Part shown: in pieces, positions 16,338-24,264 of the stretch
Layout: the number at the start of each line of letters is the position of its first letter
How positions within the stretch are numbered: the stretch's first letter is position 1
Assembly: GCA_963826115.1 (NCBI GenBank)
Contig: CAWGVS010000003.1
Span: forward strand, 67,926-131,925
Direction: 5' to 3'
DNA from: an uncultured Candidatus Rokubacteria bacterium
Lineage (GTDB): Bacteria > Methylomirabilota > Methylomirabilia > Rokubacteriales > DASRDR01
DNA length: 64,000 nt
The notes under the pieces: generated by a model
Database searches by the model: none
What the model was told of the DNA's origin: nothing
The model's input: only the letters and a program-made list of their open reading frames with translations
Program-made: the position numbers and the translations under genes

Positions 16338-17242
16338 AGGTCGTCATCCTGGGCTCCCGGTCCGGCTGGCACGAGGCCCGTCTCGGGCACGCGCTCCGGG
16401 AACGCGGCGCGGAGCCCATGGTGGCGCCGGTCACCGCGCTCGCGACCGCCGTGGCGGCCCCGGGCGAGGGACCGCGGCTCGCCGCCGGCGGCGTGCCGCT
16501 CGACGACTGCGGCGCGGTGATCGTGCGCGCGATCCCCGCCGGCTCGCTCGAGCAGGTGATCTTCCGGGTGGACGCCCTCCACCGCATGGCCCGACTCGGC
16601 GTCGCAGTCATCAACTCCCCGCGGTGTGTGGAGCGCACGGTGGACAAGTACTTCACCTCGACGATCCTCGAGGACGCGGGCCTCCCGACGCCCCGGACCC
16701 GCGTGTGCGAGCGGGTCGACGACGCGCTCGCCGCCTACGAGGCCCTGGGCCGGGACGTCGTGATCAAGCCCCTCTTCGGCTCGGAGGGTCGCGGGATCGT
16801 GCGGGTGTCCGATCCCGACCTCGCGTACCGCACCTGCCGGGCCCTCGAGCTCACGCGGTCGGTATTCTATCTGCAGGAGTTCGTGCCCCACGGGGAGCGC
16901 GACATCCGAGCGTTCGTCGTCGGCGGCCGTCTGGTGGCGGCCATGACTCGCCGGGGCGCGGGGTGGAAGACGAACGTCTCGCAGGGCGCGCGCGCGGAGC
17001 GGGTCGCCCTGTCCCCGGCGCTCGAGCGCCTGAGTCTCGAGGCCGCGGGGCGGCTCGAGGCCGACTACGCGGGGGTGGACCTTCTGTGCGCGGACGACGG
17101 GCGGACCTTCGTGATCGAGGTCAACGGGATACCGGGATGGCGCGGGCTCCAGCAGACGACCGACGTCGACGTCGCCGGCGCGATCGCCGACCACGCCATC
17201 GCGGTCGCCGGGCGCGGGCTCCCCGTCCCGGCCGCGCCATGA
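16334..17242 (+). CDS. mptN: RimK-type ATP-grasp ligase (tetrahydromethanopterin:alpha-L-glutamate ligase, MptN-like)
   Basis: GTG 16334 overlaps the mch stop (GTGA). VINSPRCVERTVDKYFTSTILEDAGLPTP, VIKPLFGSEGRGI, DIRAFVVGGRLVAAMTR and VIEVNGIPGWRGL are RimK-family signatures. Confidence 0.75.
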   Translation: MKVVILGSRSGWHEARLGHALRERGAEPMVAPVTALATAVAAPGEGPRLAAGGVPLDDCGAVIVRAIPAGSLEQVIFRVDALHRMARLGVAVINSPRCVERTVDKYFTSTILEDAGLPTPRTRVCERVDDALAAYEALGRDVVIKPLFGSEGRGIVRVSDPDLAYRTCRALELTRSVFYLQEFVPHGERDIRAFVVGGRLVAAMTRRGAGWKTNVSQGARAERVALSPALERLSLEAAGRLEADYAGVDLLCADDGRTFVIEVNGIPGWRGLQQTTDVDVAGAIADHAIAVAGRGLPVPAAP

Positions 17243-18123
17243 GCGCGGCGGCGGTCCTCGCGGACCGGCCCTCGCCGGCGCGCATCGCGGCGGCCGCGAC
17301 CCTGGCCTGCACGCTCGAGGCCTGCGCGGAGAAGGTGGGCAACGTCACGCCCACCCGCGCCTTCGCCGACGCGCGCTTCGACGACTTCGCGCTGAGCGCG
17401 CAGGCGCTCGGGTCCGCGGTCGCCGGCGCCGCGCCGGGCCGGGTGGGCCGCGCGATCTACGACGCGGTCGCCGCGACCGGCCGCGTCGCGCCGTCCAACA
17501 CCAACCTCGGCATGGCCCTCCTGTTCGCGCCGCTCGCGGCCGCCGCCCGCGGGCGCTCGAGGACGGCGCTCCGGCGTCGCCTGGTGCCGGTGCTGCGAGG
17601 GCTGAGCGTCGACGACGCGCGCTGGGCCTACCGGGCGATCCGCCTCGCGCGCCCGGGCGGGCTCGGGGAGAGCCCGGACGCGCCGGTCGCCCGCCCGCCC
17701 CGCATCACACTCGGCGAGGCCATGCGGCTGGCCGCGCGGCGGGACACCGTGGCGGCGGAGTACGGTCGGGGCTTCGCGGTGACGTTCGACCTCGCCCTCG
17801 CGCGGCTCCGCCGGGCGCTCCGCCGCGGCCTCCCGCTGCTCGACGCGATCGCGCAGGCCCACCTCGAGCTGATGGCCCGCGTGCCGGACACCCTGATCGC
17901 GCGCAAGGCCGGCGCCGCCGCCGCCGCGCGAGTGGCCGCGCGCGCCGACGCGGTGGTGCGGGCCGGGGGGATCGCGACGCGGCGCGGGCTCGCCGCCGCG
18001 CGGCGGCTCGACCGAGACCTCCGGCGGCACGGGAACCGCCTGAACCCCGGCACGTCGGCGGACCTCGTCGCTGCCGCCCTGTTCGTGTGGCTCCTGGAAG
18101 CGCCGGGACGAGGGCGCGCATGA
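17239..18123 (+). CDS. triphosphoribosyl-dephospho-CoA synthase (CitG/MdcB)-family protein, H4MPT-cluster associated
   Basis: ATG 17239 overlaps the previous stop (ATGA). EACAEKVGNVTP, SNTNLGMALLFAPLA and LNPGTSADLVAAALFV are CitG-like motifs. Homologues sit in known H4MPT islands. Confidence 0.65.
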   Translation: MSAAAVLADRPSPARIAAAATLACTLEACAEKVGNVTPTRAFADARFDDFALSAQALGSAVAGAAPGRVGRAIYDAVAATGRVAPSNTNLGMALLFAPLAAAARGRSRTALRRRLVPVLRGLSVDDARWAYRAIRLARPGGLGESPDAPVARPPRITLGEAMRLAARRDTVAAEYGRGFAVTFDLALARLRRALRRGLPLLDAIAQAHLELMARVPDTLIARKAGAAAAARVAARADAVVRAGGIATRRGLAAARRLDRDLRRHGNRLNPGTSADLVAAALFVWLLEAPGRGRA

Positions 18124-18644
18124 GCCGGCCGCCGAGCCCCTTCCGCGTCCGCATCGAGAAGGACTACACCGTCTTCTGCGCCGGCCACTTCATCACGTAC
18201 GACGGGCACGAGTGCGAGCCGCTCCACGGCCACAACTACCGGGCGGCGGCCGCGCTGGAGGGCCCGCTGGACGAGAACGCCTACGTCTTCGACTTCAGCA
18301 AGCTCAAGCGCGCGCTCCGCGCCATCGTCGACCGCCTCGACCACCGGATGCTCCTGCCGACCAAGAGCGCGCTCATCCGGGTTACGCAGTCGGGCGCCGA
18401 GGTGGAGGCGGCCTACCGGGAGAAGCGGTACGTCTTCCCGGCGAGCGACGTGGTGCTCCTCCCGATCCCCAACACCACCGCCGAGATGCTGGCCTGGTGG
18501 ATCGCGCAGGAGCTTCGCCGAAGTCTGGGCGCGCTCTCGCCCGGGATGACGGCCCTCGAGGTCGAGGTCGACGAGTCGTCCGGCCAGCGGGCCTTCTACC
18601 GGGAGCCGCTCGATTCCCCGGGCGGCGGAGCCGGGCCGGCGTGA
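18120..18644 (+). CDS. 6-pyruvoyl-tetrahydropterin synthase-family protein (QueD/PTPS-like, with Cys-Glu before HGH)
   Basis: ATG 18120 overlaps the previous stop (ATGA). FCAGHFITYDGHECEPLHGHNY and LDHRML are PTPS-fold motifs. Confidence 0.75.
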   Translation: MSRPPSPFRVRIEKDYTVFCAGHFITYDGHECEPLHGHNYRAAAALEGPLDENAYVFDFSKLKRALRAIVDRLDHRMLLPTKSALIRVTQSGAEVEAAYREKRYVFPASDVVLLPIPNTTAEMLAWWIAQELRRSLGALSPGMTALEVEVDESSGQRAFYREPLDSPGGGAGPA

Positions 18645-20101
18645 CGGCGCCGTCGGTCGTCTACCTCGGCCTCGGCTCGAACCTGGGCGACCGCCAGGCG
18701 AACCTCGCGGAGGCGATCCAGGCCCTCCGCACCCACGTCCGGATCGAGCGCGTGTCCCCCGTGTACGAGACCGAGCCGGTGCACGTGACCGACCAGCCGC
18801 GGTTCCTGAACCTCGCCGTGAAGGGCGTCACCGCCCTCGAGCCGGCGGAGCTCCTCGCCGCGGTCAAGCGCATCGAGGCGCGGATGGGCCGGCAGCCGGG
18901 CGAGCGGTACGGCCCGCGGCCGATCGACGTCGACATCCTCTTCTACGGCGACCGCGTGATCCGCACCGACGCGCTCGAGGTGCCGCACCCGCGGGCCGCC
19001 GAGCGCGGCTTCGTCCTGGTGCCGCTCCACGACATCGCCCCCGACCTCCGGCATCCGGAGCGCGGGCGCAGCGTCGCCGAGCTCCTCCGGGATCTCGGGG
19101 AGACGCGCGGTATCGTCCGCGTGGCGCGCGGCCTCACGGCGCGGCTCGAGCGCGATGTCCAGGAGGAGTCGCCGCTCGCGCGGATCCGGCTCGACCAGAC
19201 GGGCGTCACGGGACTCCACCGCATCATCCGCCTCTCCGACGGCCGGGGCCTCTTCTACGCGACGCTCGACCTCTTCGTCGAGCTGCCGGCCGACCAGAAG
19301 GGCGCCCACATGTCGCGCTTCAGCGACACGGTGGAGGAGGTGCTCGAGGACCTGGGCGCCTTCGAGGCCCCGATGATCGAGACGCTCGCCGAGCGCATCG
19401 CGCGCGCCCTGACCGTCGGCCATCGCGCCGAGCGCGCGGACGTGGAGATCCGCGCCCAGTTTCCGCTCGAGCGCCGCGCGCCGATCTCCGGCAAGCCCTC
19501 GCAGGAGCTCTACACGCTGATCGGCCTCGCCGCCGCCAGCCCGCGCCGCACGGTCCAGCTCATCGGCGTGGAGGCGGAGGGGATGATGGCGTGCCCGTGC
19601 GCCCAGGAGATGGTCCGCGCGCAGGCCGAGGCGCGCCTCCGGGAGCACGGGCTCGCGCCGGACCTCACCGCGGAGGTCTTGTCGCTGGTCCCGATCGCCA
19701 CGCACAACCAGCGGGGGCGCGGGCGCCTGCTGGTCGGCGCGGACCGCGCGCTCCGCGCCGAGGACCTGGTCGAGATCGTCGAGGGCGCGATGAGCTCCGA
19801 GAACTACGACCTCCTGAAGCGCCCGGACGAGCTGTTCGTGGTGGAGAAGGCGCACCGCCACCCCCGTTTCGTCGAGGACGCGGTGCGGGAGATGCTGCGG
19901 ACCTTCGTGAGCACCTACCCCGAGCTGGCGGACGACGCCTACGTCCACGCCCGGCAGGTGAACATGGAGACGATCCACAAGCACGACGTCTTCGCCCAGC
20001 GCGGCGGGCAGCTGGGCGAGATCCGGGGCGAGCTCCTCGACGGGAAGCCCCGCGGGAGCACCGCGCTCTCCGCCTGGCTCGCCGCCCGGCTCGCGGGCTA
20101 G
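18641..20101 (+). CDS. bifunctional fusion: 6-hydroxymethyl-7,8-dihydropterin pyrophosphokinase (HPPK/FolK) + GTP cyclohydrolase FolE2/MptA type
   Basis: GTG 18641 overlaps the previous stop (GTGA). The N-terminal ~165 aa is HPPK (VYLGLGSNLGDR, SPVYETEPV, GPRPIDVDILFYG, VPHPR). The remainder is FolE2/MptA (DVQ...GVTGL, KGAHMSRF, MACPCAQE, ATHNQRG, ETIHKHDV). A single uninterrupted frame covers both. Confidence 0.85.
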   Translation: MTAPSVVYLGLGSNLGDRQANLAEAIQALRTHVRIERVSPVYETEPVHVTDQPRFLNLAVKGVTALEPAELLAAVKRIEARMGRQPGERYGPRPIDVDILFYGDRVIRTDALEVPHPRAAERGFVLVPLHDIAPDLRHPERGRSVAELLRDLGETRGIVRVARGLTARLERDVQEESPLARIRLDQTGVTGLHRIIRLSDGRGLFYATLDLFVELPADQKGAHMSRFSDTVEEVLEDLGAFEAPMIETLAERIARALTVGHRAERADVEIRAQFPLERRAPISGKPSQELYTLIGLAAASPRRTVQLIGVEAEGMMACPCAQEMVRAQAEARLREHGLAPDLTAEVLSLVPIATHNQRGRGRLLVGADRALRAEDLVEIVEGAMSSENYDLLKRPDELFVVEKAHRHPRFVEDAVREMLRTFVSTYPELADDAYVHARQVNMETIHKHDVFAQRGGQLGEIRGELLDGKPRGSTALSAWLAARLAG

Positions 20102-20838
20102 CCGGGCGCGATCAGGTCGGCGGCGCCCAGGACGCCGGTATGGAGCGCGGTCCCGACCAGCGCGGCCTGGTAGCCCGCGGCCGCGAGCGCGCGAAGGTCG
20201 TCCCGGCCCCGCACCCCGCCGCCGAGCACGATCTCGGCCTCCGGCAGCCGCGCCCGGAGCCGCCGCGCGGGCTCCGTCTCGGGACCGGCGCGCGCTCCCA
20301 CGCGCGCGAGGTCGAGGACGATGAACGTCCGGAGGCCCGCCGCCCAGGCCTCGGCGGCCAGCTCCGTGGCCTCGGCCCCGGCGACGGCCGGCGATCCGCC
20401 GAGGAGCCGCCCCTCGCGATGGTCGAGGCTCAGGATGCAGTCCGCGCCGCGGCTCGTCTCCCGCACGGCCGTGGCGATCGCGCGGAGGTCGCGCACGTCG
20501 CGCAGCGTCTCCGTGCCGACGATCACCCGCGCGGCGCCGTGCGAGACGGCGCGCCGGGCGCCGTCGGCCGTGGACACGCCGGCGTCGAGCCACACCGACA
20601 GCCCGAGCTCGGCGATCGCCCGGACGACCGGGCCGTGGTCGCCCGTGCCCGCGATGGCGTCGAGGTCGGCGACGTAGCAGGCGTCCGAGCCCAGGCGCTC
20701 GCGGAAGCCGCGCGCGAGGGCGACCGGGTCCGCGGAGTCCGAGAGCACGCTCCGTACCGGCGCGTAGGCGTGACGCTCGCCGCGCACCGCATGGACGGCC
20801 ACGCCGCCCTTCAGGTCCATCACGGGCACGATGCGCAT
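20098..20838 (-). CDS. HisA/HisF-family (beta/alpha)8-barrel protein, H4MPT-biosynthesis associated
   Basis: Start ATG 20838 (MRIVPVMDLKGGVAVHAVRGER) within ORF 20098..20931. VIVGTE, IVLDLARVG and VLGGGVR are HisA/F-like. Its stop shares CTAG with the convergent HPPK-FolE2 gene. Confidence 0.7.
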   Translation of the reverse strand: MRIVPVMDLKGGVAVHAVRGERHAYAPVRSVLSDSADPVALARGFRERLGSDACYVADLDAIAGTGDHGPVVRAIAELGLSVWLDAGVSTADGARRAVSHGAARVIVGTETLRDVRDLRAIATAVRETSRGADCILSLDHREGRLLGGSPAVAGAEATELAAEAWAAGLRTFIVLDLARVGARAGPETEPARRLRARLPEAEIVLGGGVRGRDDLRALAAAGYQAALVGTALHTGVLGAADLIAPG

Positions 20839-20854
20839 CGCGGAGCGGAGGATA

Positions 20855-20864
20855 GCACGCGTGC
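20855..20864. promoter_or_regulatory. perfect 10-bp palindrome GCACGCGTGC in a divergent intergenic region
   Basis: Located between the divergently transcribed HisA/F-like gene (start 20838) and the hydantoinase-like gene (start 20919). Candidate operator; function unknown. Confidence 0.25.
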
Positions 20865-20918
20865 AACGCATCTTGGCGACGACGCCGGTCTGACCGGACG
20901 GCCTTCGGCCTGTGGGCG

Positions 20919-21941
20919 ATGACCCGCGCAAGCCGGGTCCTCGGCTGGGACGTGGGCGGCGCCTACGTCAAGGCGGCGGTCGTGGAGCAGGACGGAGCCG
21001 GACGCCGTGTCCGCACGGCGAGCCGGCCCTTCGAGATCTGGCGCGACAAGAACGCCTTGCCCGACGTCCTCCGCGCGCTCGCCGCCGAGCTGCCCGCACC
21101 GGAGTCCGTGGCGGTGACGATGACCGCGGAGCTCTCGGACGTGTTCCGGACGAAGCGCGAGGGCGTCCACTTCGTCCTCGACGCCGTCGAGGCCGTGTCG
21201 CGGGCGCCGGTGCGCGTCTTCACGACGGCGGGCGAGTTCGTGGACCCCGCCGTCGCGCGGGCGCGGCCCCTCGACGCGGCGGCCTCCAACTGGGTCGCCA
21301 CCGCCCTGCTGGTCGGGCGGTTCGTCCCCGAGACGCTCCTCGTGGACATCGGCTCGACGACGACCGACGTGATCCCGGTGACGAAGGGGCAGGTCGCGGC
21401 CCTCGGCCGGACCGACCCCGAGCGGCTCTCGAGCGGGGAGCTCGTCTACACCGGTGCCCTCCGCACGAACGTGGCGGCCATCGTCCGTCGGGTCCCCTTG
21501 CGGGGCGCCCAGTGCCCGGTGGCCTCCGAGCTGTTCTCGGTGAGCGGCGACGTCCACGTGCTCCTCGGATCTCTCGCGCCGGATGAGTACACGTGCCCGA
21601 CTCCCGACGGCCGGCCGCCCACGCCGGAGTTCGCGGCGGAGCGCCTCGCGCGGGTCGTGTGCGCGGACGGCGACATGCTCGACCCCGAGGAGATCCGGGC
21701 CATCGCGCGGGCGGTCGACGAGGCGCAGGTCGAGGAGATCGCGGGGGCCATCGCCCGGGTGGCGGGCCGGCGGGCCGAGGGAACGCCCGTGATCGTCACC
21801 GGGCTCGGCGCCTTCCTCGCGCGCCGCGCCGCGGAACGGCTCGGGCTGCCGGTCCGGGATCTCGCGGACGTCCTCGCCGTCGACGTCGGCACCGTCGCGC
21901 CCGCGGTCGCCGTCGCCTGGCTCCTCCTCGACGCCGACTGA
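20919..21941 (+). CDS. hydantoinase/oxoprolinase-like ASKHA protein of the 'probable H4MPT-linked C1 transfer pathway protein' family
   Basis: 340-aa ORF. LGWDVGGAYVKAA, VTMTAELSD and LLVDIGSTTTDVIPV are ASKHA phosphate-binding motifs. The family is known from methylotroph H4MPT islands. Confidence 0.65.
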   Translation: MTRASRVLGWDVGGAYVKAAVVEQDGAGRRVRTASRPFEIWRDKNALPDVLRALAAELPAPESVAVTMTAELSDVFRTKREGVHFVLDAVEAVSRAPVRVFTTAGEFVDPAVARARPLDAAASNWVATALLVGRFVPETLLVDIGSTTTDVIPVTKGQVAALGRTDPERLSSGELVYTGALRTNVAAIVRRVPLRGAQCPVASELFSVSGDVHVLLGSLAPDEYTCPTPDGRPPTPEFAAERLARVVCADGDMLDPEEIRAIARAVDEAQVEEIAGAIARVAGRRAEGTPVIVTGLGAFLARRAAERLGLPVRDLADVLAVDVGTVAPAVAVAWLLLDAD

Positions 21942-21944
21942 CGC

Positions 21945-22598
21945 ATGCGCCGGGCTCGCGCGACGCCCGACTGGGTGATCAAGGTCGGCGGGAGTCTGGG
22001 CGCGCGACCCGCCCCGCTCCGTCGCCTGATGGCCACCCTGGCGCGCGCCGGGCGGCACCGCTGGCTCGTCGTCGTCCCCGGCGGCGGTAGCTTCGCCGAC
22101 GAGGTGCGCCGGGCCGACCGCCGCTACGACCTCGGCGACTCGGCCGCCCACTGGATGGCCATCCTGGCGATGGACCAGTACGGCCATCTTCTCGCGCGGC
22201 TCGCGCCCGGGGCACGCGTCGCGGCGAGCCGGCGCGAGCTCGCCCCGGGCCGGCTCAACGTGCTGCTCCCGTCAGCCTGGCTCCGGCGCGCCGACCCCCT
22301 GCCCCATTCCTGGGACGTCACGTCGGACTCGATCGCCGCGTGGGTGGCCCGCGAGCTCGGCGTCCGGCGCCTCATGCTGGTGAAGCACCGTGACGGTTTC
22401 GTCGCGCCCGCCCGCGGGCCGCGGAGGGTGCCGCCGCGCGAGCGGCGATCCTCCCTCGCCGCGCTCGCGGGCGCGGTCGACCCCTATTTCGCGCGCGCCG
22501 TCGATCCGGCCACTGGCTGCTGGCTCGTCCAGGGACACCGGCCCGGCGCGATCGCGCGTCTCATCGACGCGGACGGGCCGCGCGGATCGCGCGCCTAG
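21945..22598 (+). CDS. amino-acid-kinase-family protein (Asp/Glu/uridylate kinase fold), H4MPT-cluster associated
   Basis: 217-aa ORF. VIKVGGSL, VVVPGGGSFAD and TSDSIAAWVA are AAK-fold motifs. Confidence 0.6.
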   Translation: MRRARATPDWVIKVGGSLGARPAPLRRLMATLARAGRHRWLVVVPGGGSFADEVRRADRRYDLGDSAAHWMAILAMDQYGHLLARLAPGARVAASRRELAPGRLNVLLPSAWLRRADPLPHSWDVTSDSIAAWVARELGVRRLMLVKHRDGFVAPARGPRRVPPRERRSSLAALAGAVDPYFARAVDPATGCWLVQGHRPGAIARLIDADGPRGSRA

Positions 22599-22630
22599 GA
22601 GCGCCCTCTCACCGCTCGGCGGTCGGGCGG

Positions 22631-23350
22631 TCAGGCCGACTGCCCGACGGTCGGCCGGGGGCCGCGTGCGCGGACGAGGGCGCGCACCCGCTCGGCGTCG
22701 ACCCGGCCCCCGACACGGTCGCCGATGCAGGCGGCGCCGCGCACGCCCACGAGGTCGGGGCCGATCGGCGCGAGCCGCGCGAGGTCCTCGACCCGAAGGG
22801 AGCCGGCGAGCGCCGAGAAGAGGCCGCGCGCGCGGCAGTCCTCGACGAAGGCCGCGAGCTCGTCCTCGCCGAGCCAGTGGAAGAGCCCGCGGCCGTCCTT
22901 CACGGCGGTGTCGACCAGGCAGCCGTGGGCGCCCGCGGCGGCGGCGAGGGCCGGCAGGTCGCGGGGCCGGGGCGCTCCCGCGCGCGCGAAGTCGGCGAAG
23001 CCCGCCACCACGAGGTAGGCCTCGGGAGGCAGGCTCGCGCGCGCCGCGCGAAGAGCGGCCGCGGCCGCCGCCGGCGACGTCTCGCGGAGCCCGAGCTTCA
23101 CGTAGATCGCGCCGCTCCGCGCCGCCGCCCCGGCCAGGGCCGCCGCCACCGCCGGCGTGAACGGCCCATCGCCGAGCGCGGCGCTCACCGGCAGGCTCGC
23201 GGGCGTGGCGTCCCGCACCGCGCGGACCGTGGCCGGCGCGGCCTCGCCGAGGGCTCCGAGCGCGGGATCCTTGACGTCGATGATGTCGGCGCCGGCGTCC
23301 GCCGCGATCCGGGCTTCCGCGGCGTCCACGACGCTCACCAGGAGGCGCAT
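22631..23350 (-). CDS. mfnB: (5-formylfuran-3-yl)methyl phosphate synthase (methanofuran biosynthesis, DUF556)
   Basis: 239-aa ORF. MRLLVSVVDAAEARIAADAGADIIDVKDP, YVKLGL, CLVDTAVKDG and ALAGSL match the MfnB family. Confidence 0.8.
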   Translation of the reverse strand: MRLLVSVVDAAEARIAADAGADIIDVKDPALGALGEAAPATVRAVRDATPASLPVSAALGDGPFTPAVAAALAGAAARSGAIYVKLGLRETSPAAAAAALRAARASLPPEAYLVVAGFADFARAGAPRPRDLPALAAAAGAHGCLVDTAVKDGRGLFHWLGEDELAAFVEDCRARGLFSALAGSLRVEDLARLAPIGPDLVGVRGAACIGDRVGGRVDAERVRALVRARGPRPTVGQSA

Positions 23351-23358
23351 CGGCCGGC

Positions 23359-23387
23359 ATTATAGTAGTCGGGTATCGGCGCGGCAA
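23359..23387 (-). promoter_or_regulatory. sigma70-type promoter for mfnB (TTGCCG-17 nt-TATAAT); the transcript is probably leaderless
   Basis: On the minus strand, TTGCCG (23387-23382), a 17-nt spacer, then a perfect TATAAT (23364-23359). Only 8 nt (GCCGGCCG) separate the -10 from the ATG at 23350, and there is no Shine-Dalgarno. Confidence 0.5.
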
Positions 23388-23417
23388 CGGACCCACCCCC
23401 AGGAGGGCGCGAAACCG

Positions 23418-24176
23418 GTGAGGCGTCTCGACGGTCAGGTGGCGGTGGTCACCGGGGCGAGCCGGGGCATCGGCCGCGCGATCGCGCTCGCGCTCGCGCG
23501 GGAAGGCGCGCGCGTCGTCGTCAACTACTCCCGGTCGCGTGAGCTCGCCGAGGCCGTGGTCGCCGAGATGGTTGCCGCCGGGGGCGAGGCCCTCGCCATC
23601 CGCGCGGACGTTTCGCGGTCGGACGACGTCGCCAATCTCCTGGGCTCGACGCTCGGCACGTGGGACCGGATCGACACGTGGGTCAACAACGCGGGCGCCG
23701 ACATCCTGACGGGCGACGCGCGGACCTGGCCCCCCGAGCGCCGCTGGGACGCGGTGATGACCGTCGACCTCAAGGGCACCTGGCTGTGCTCGCGGGCGGC
23801 GGCGGACGCGATGCGCCGGGCCGGCGGCGGCGTCATCGTGAACCTCTCCTGGGACCACGTCACCCACGGGATGGGCAACCAGACGGCGGCCATCTACGCC
23901 GCCGCGAAGGGCGGCGTGGCGGCCATGAGCCGTTCCCTCGCGCGGGAGTACGCGCCCCTCGTGCGGGTCAACGTGGTCGCGCCCGGCTGGGTCCGGACCG
24001 AGTGGCTCGACGGCGCCGGCGCCGAGGTCCAGCAACACGTGAGGGACGCGACCCCGCTCGGCCGTCCCGGCACGCCCGACGACGTCGCCGGCGCGGTCGC
24101 GTTCCTCGCCTCCGCCGACGCGGCCTTCATCACCGGACAGACCCTGCTGGTGAACGGAGGCGTCGTGGCCAGCTGA
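23418..24176 (+). CDS. short-chain dehydrogenase/reductase (FabG-like SDR), substrate unknown
   Basis: GTG 23418 lies 11 nt after AGGAGG. VVTGASRGIGRAIA is the cofactor motif. NNAG and YAAAKGG (YxxxK) are present. It is embedded in the H4MPT island. Confidence 0.8.
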   Translation: MRRLDGQVAVVTGASRGIGRAIALALAREGARVVVNYSRSRELAEAVVAEMVAAGGEALAIRADVSRSDDVANLLGSTLGTWDRIDTWVNNAGADILTGDARTWPPERRWDAVMTVDLKGTWLCSRAAADAMRRAGGGVIVNLSWDHVTHGMGNQTAAIYAAAKGGVAAMSRSLAREYAPLVRVNVVAPGWVRTEWLDGAGAEVQQHVRDATPLGRPGTPDDVAGAVAFLASADAAFITGQTLLVNGGVVAS

Positions 24177-24264
24177 TGCGCCACACGGCGCGGGCCGCGT
24201 GGACGCTCCGGCGCCCCGCGGTCCGGCGACCATTTGCGAAGCGCGAGATCCGCAGGAGGGCATC

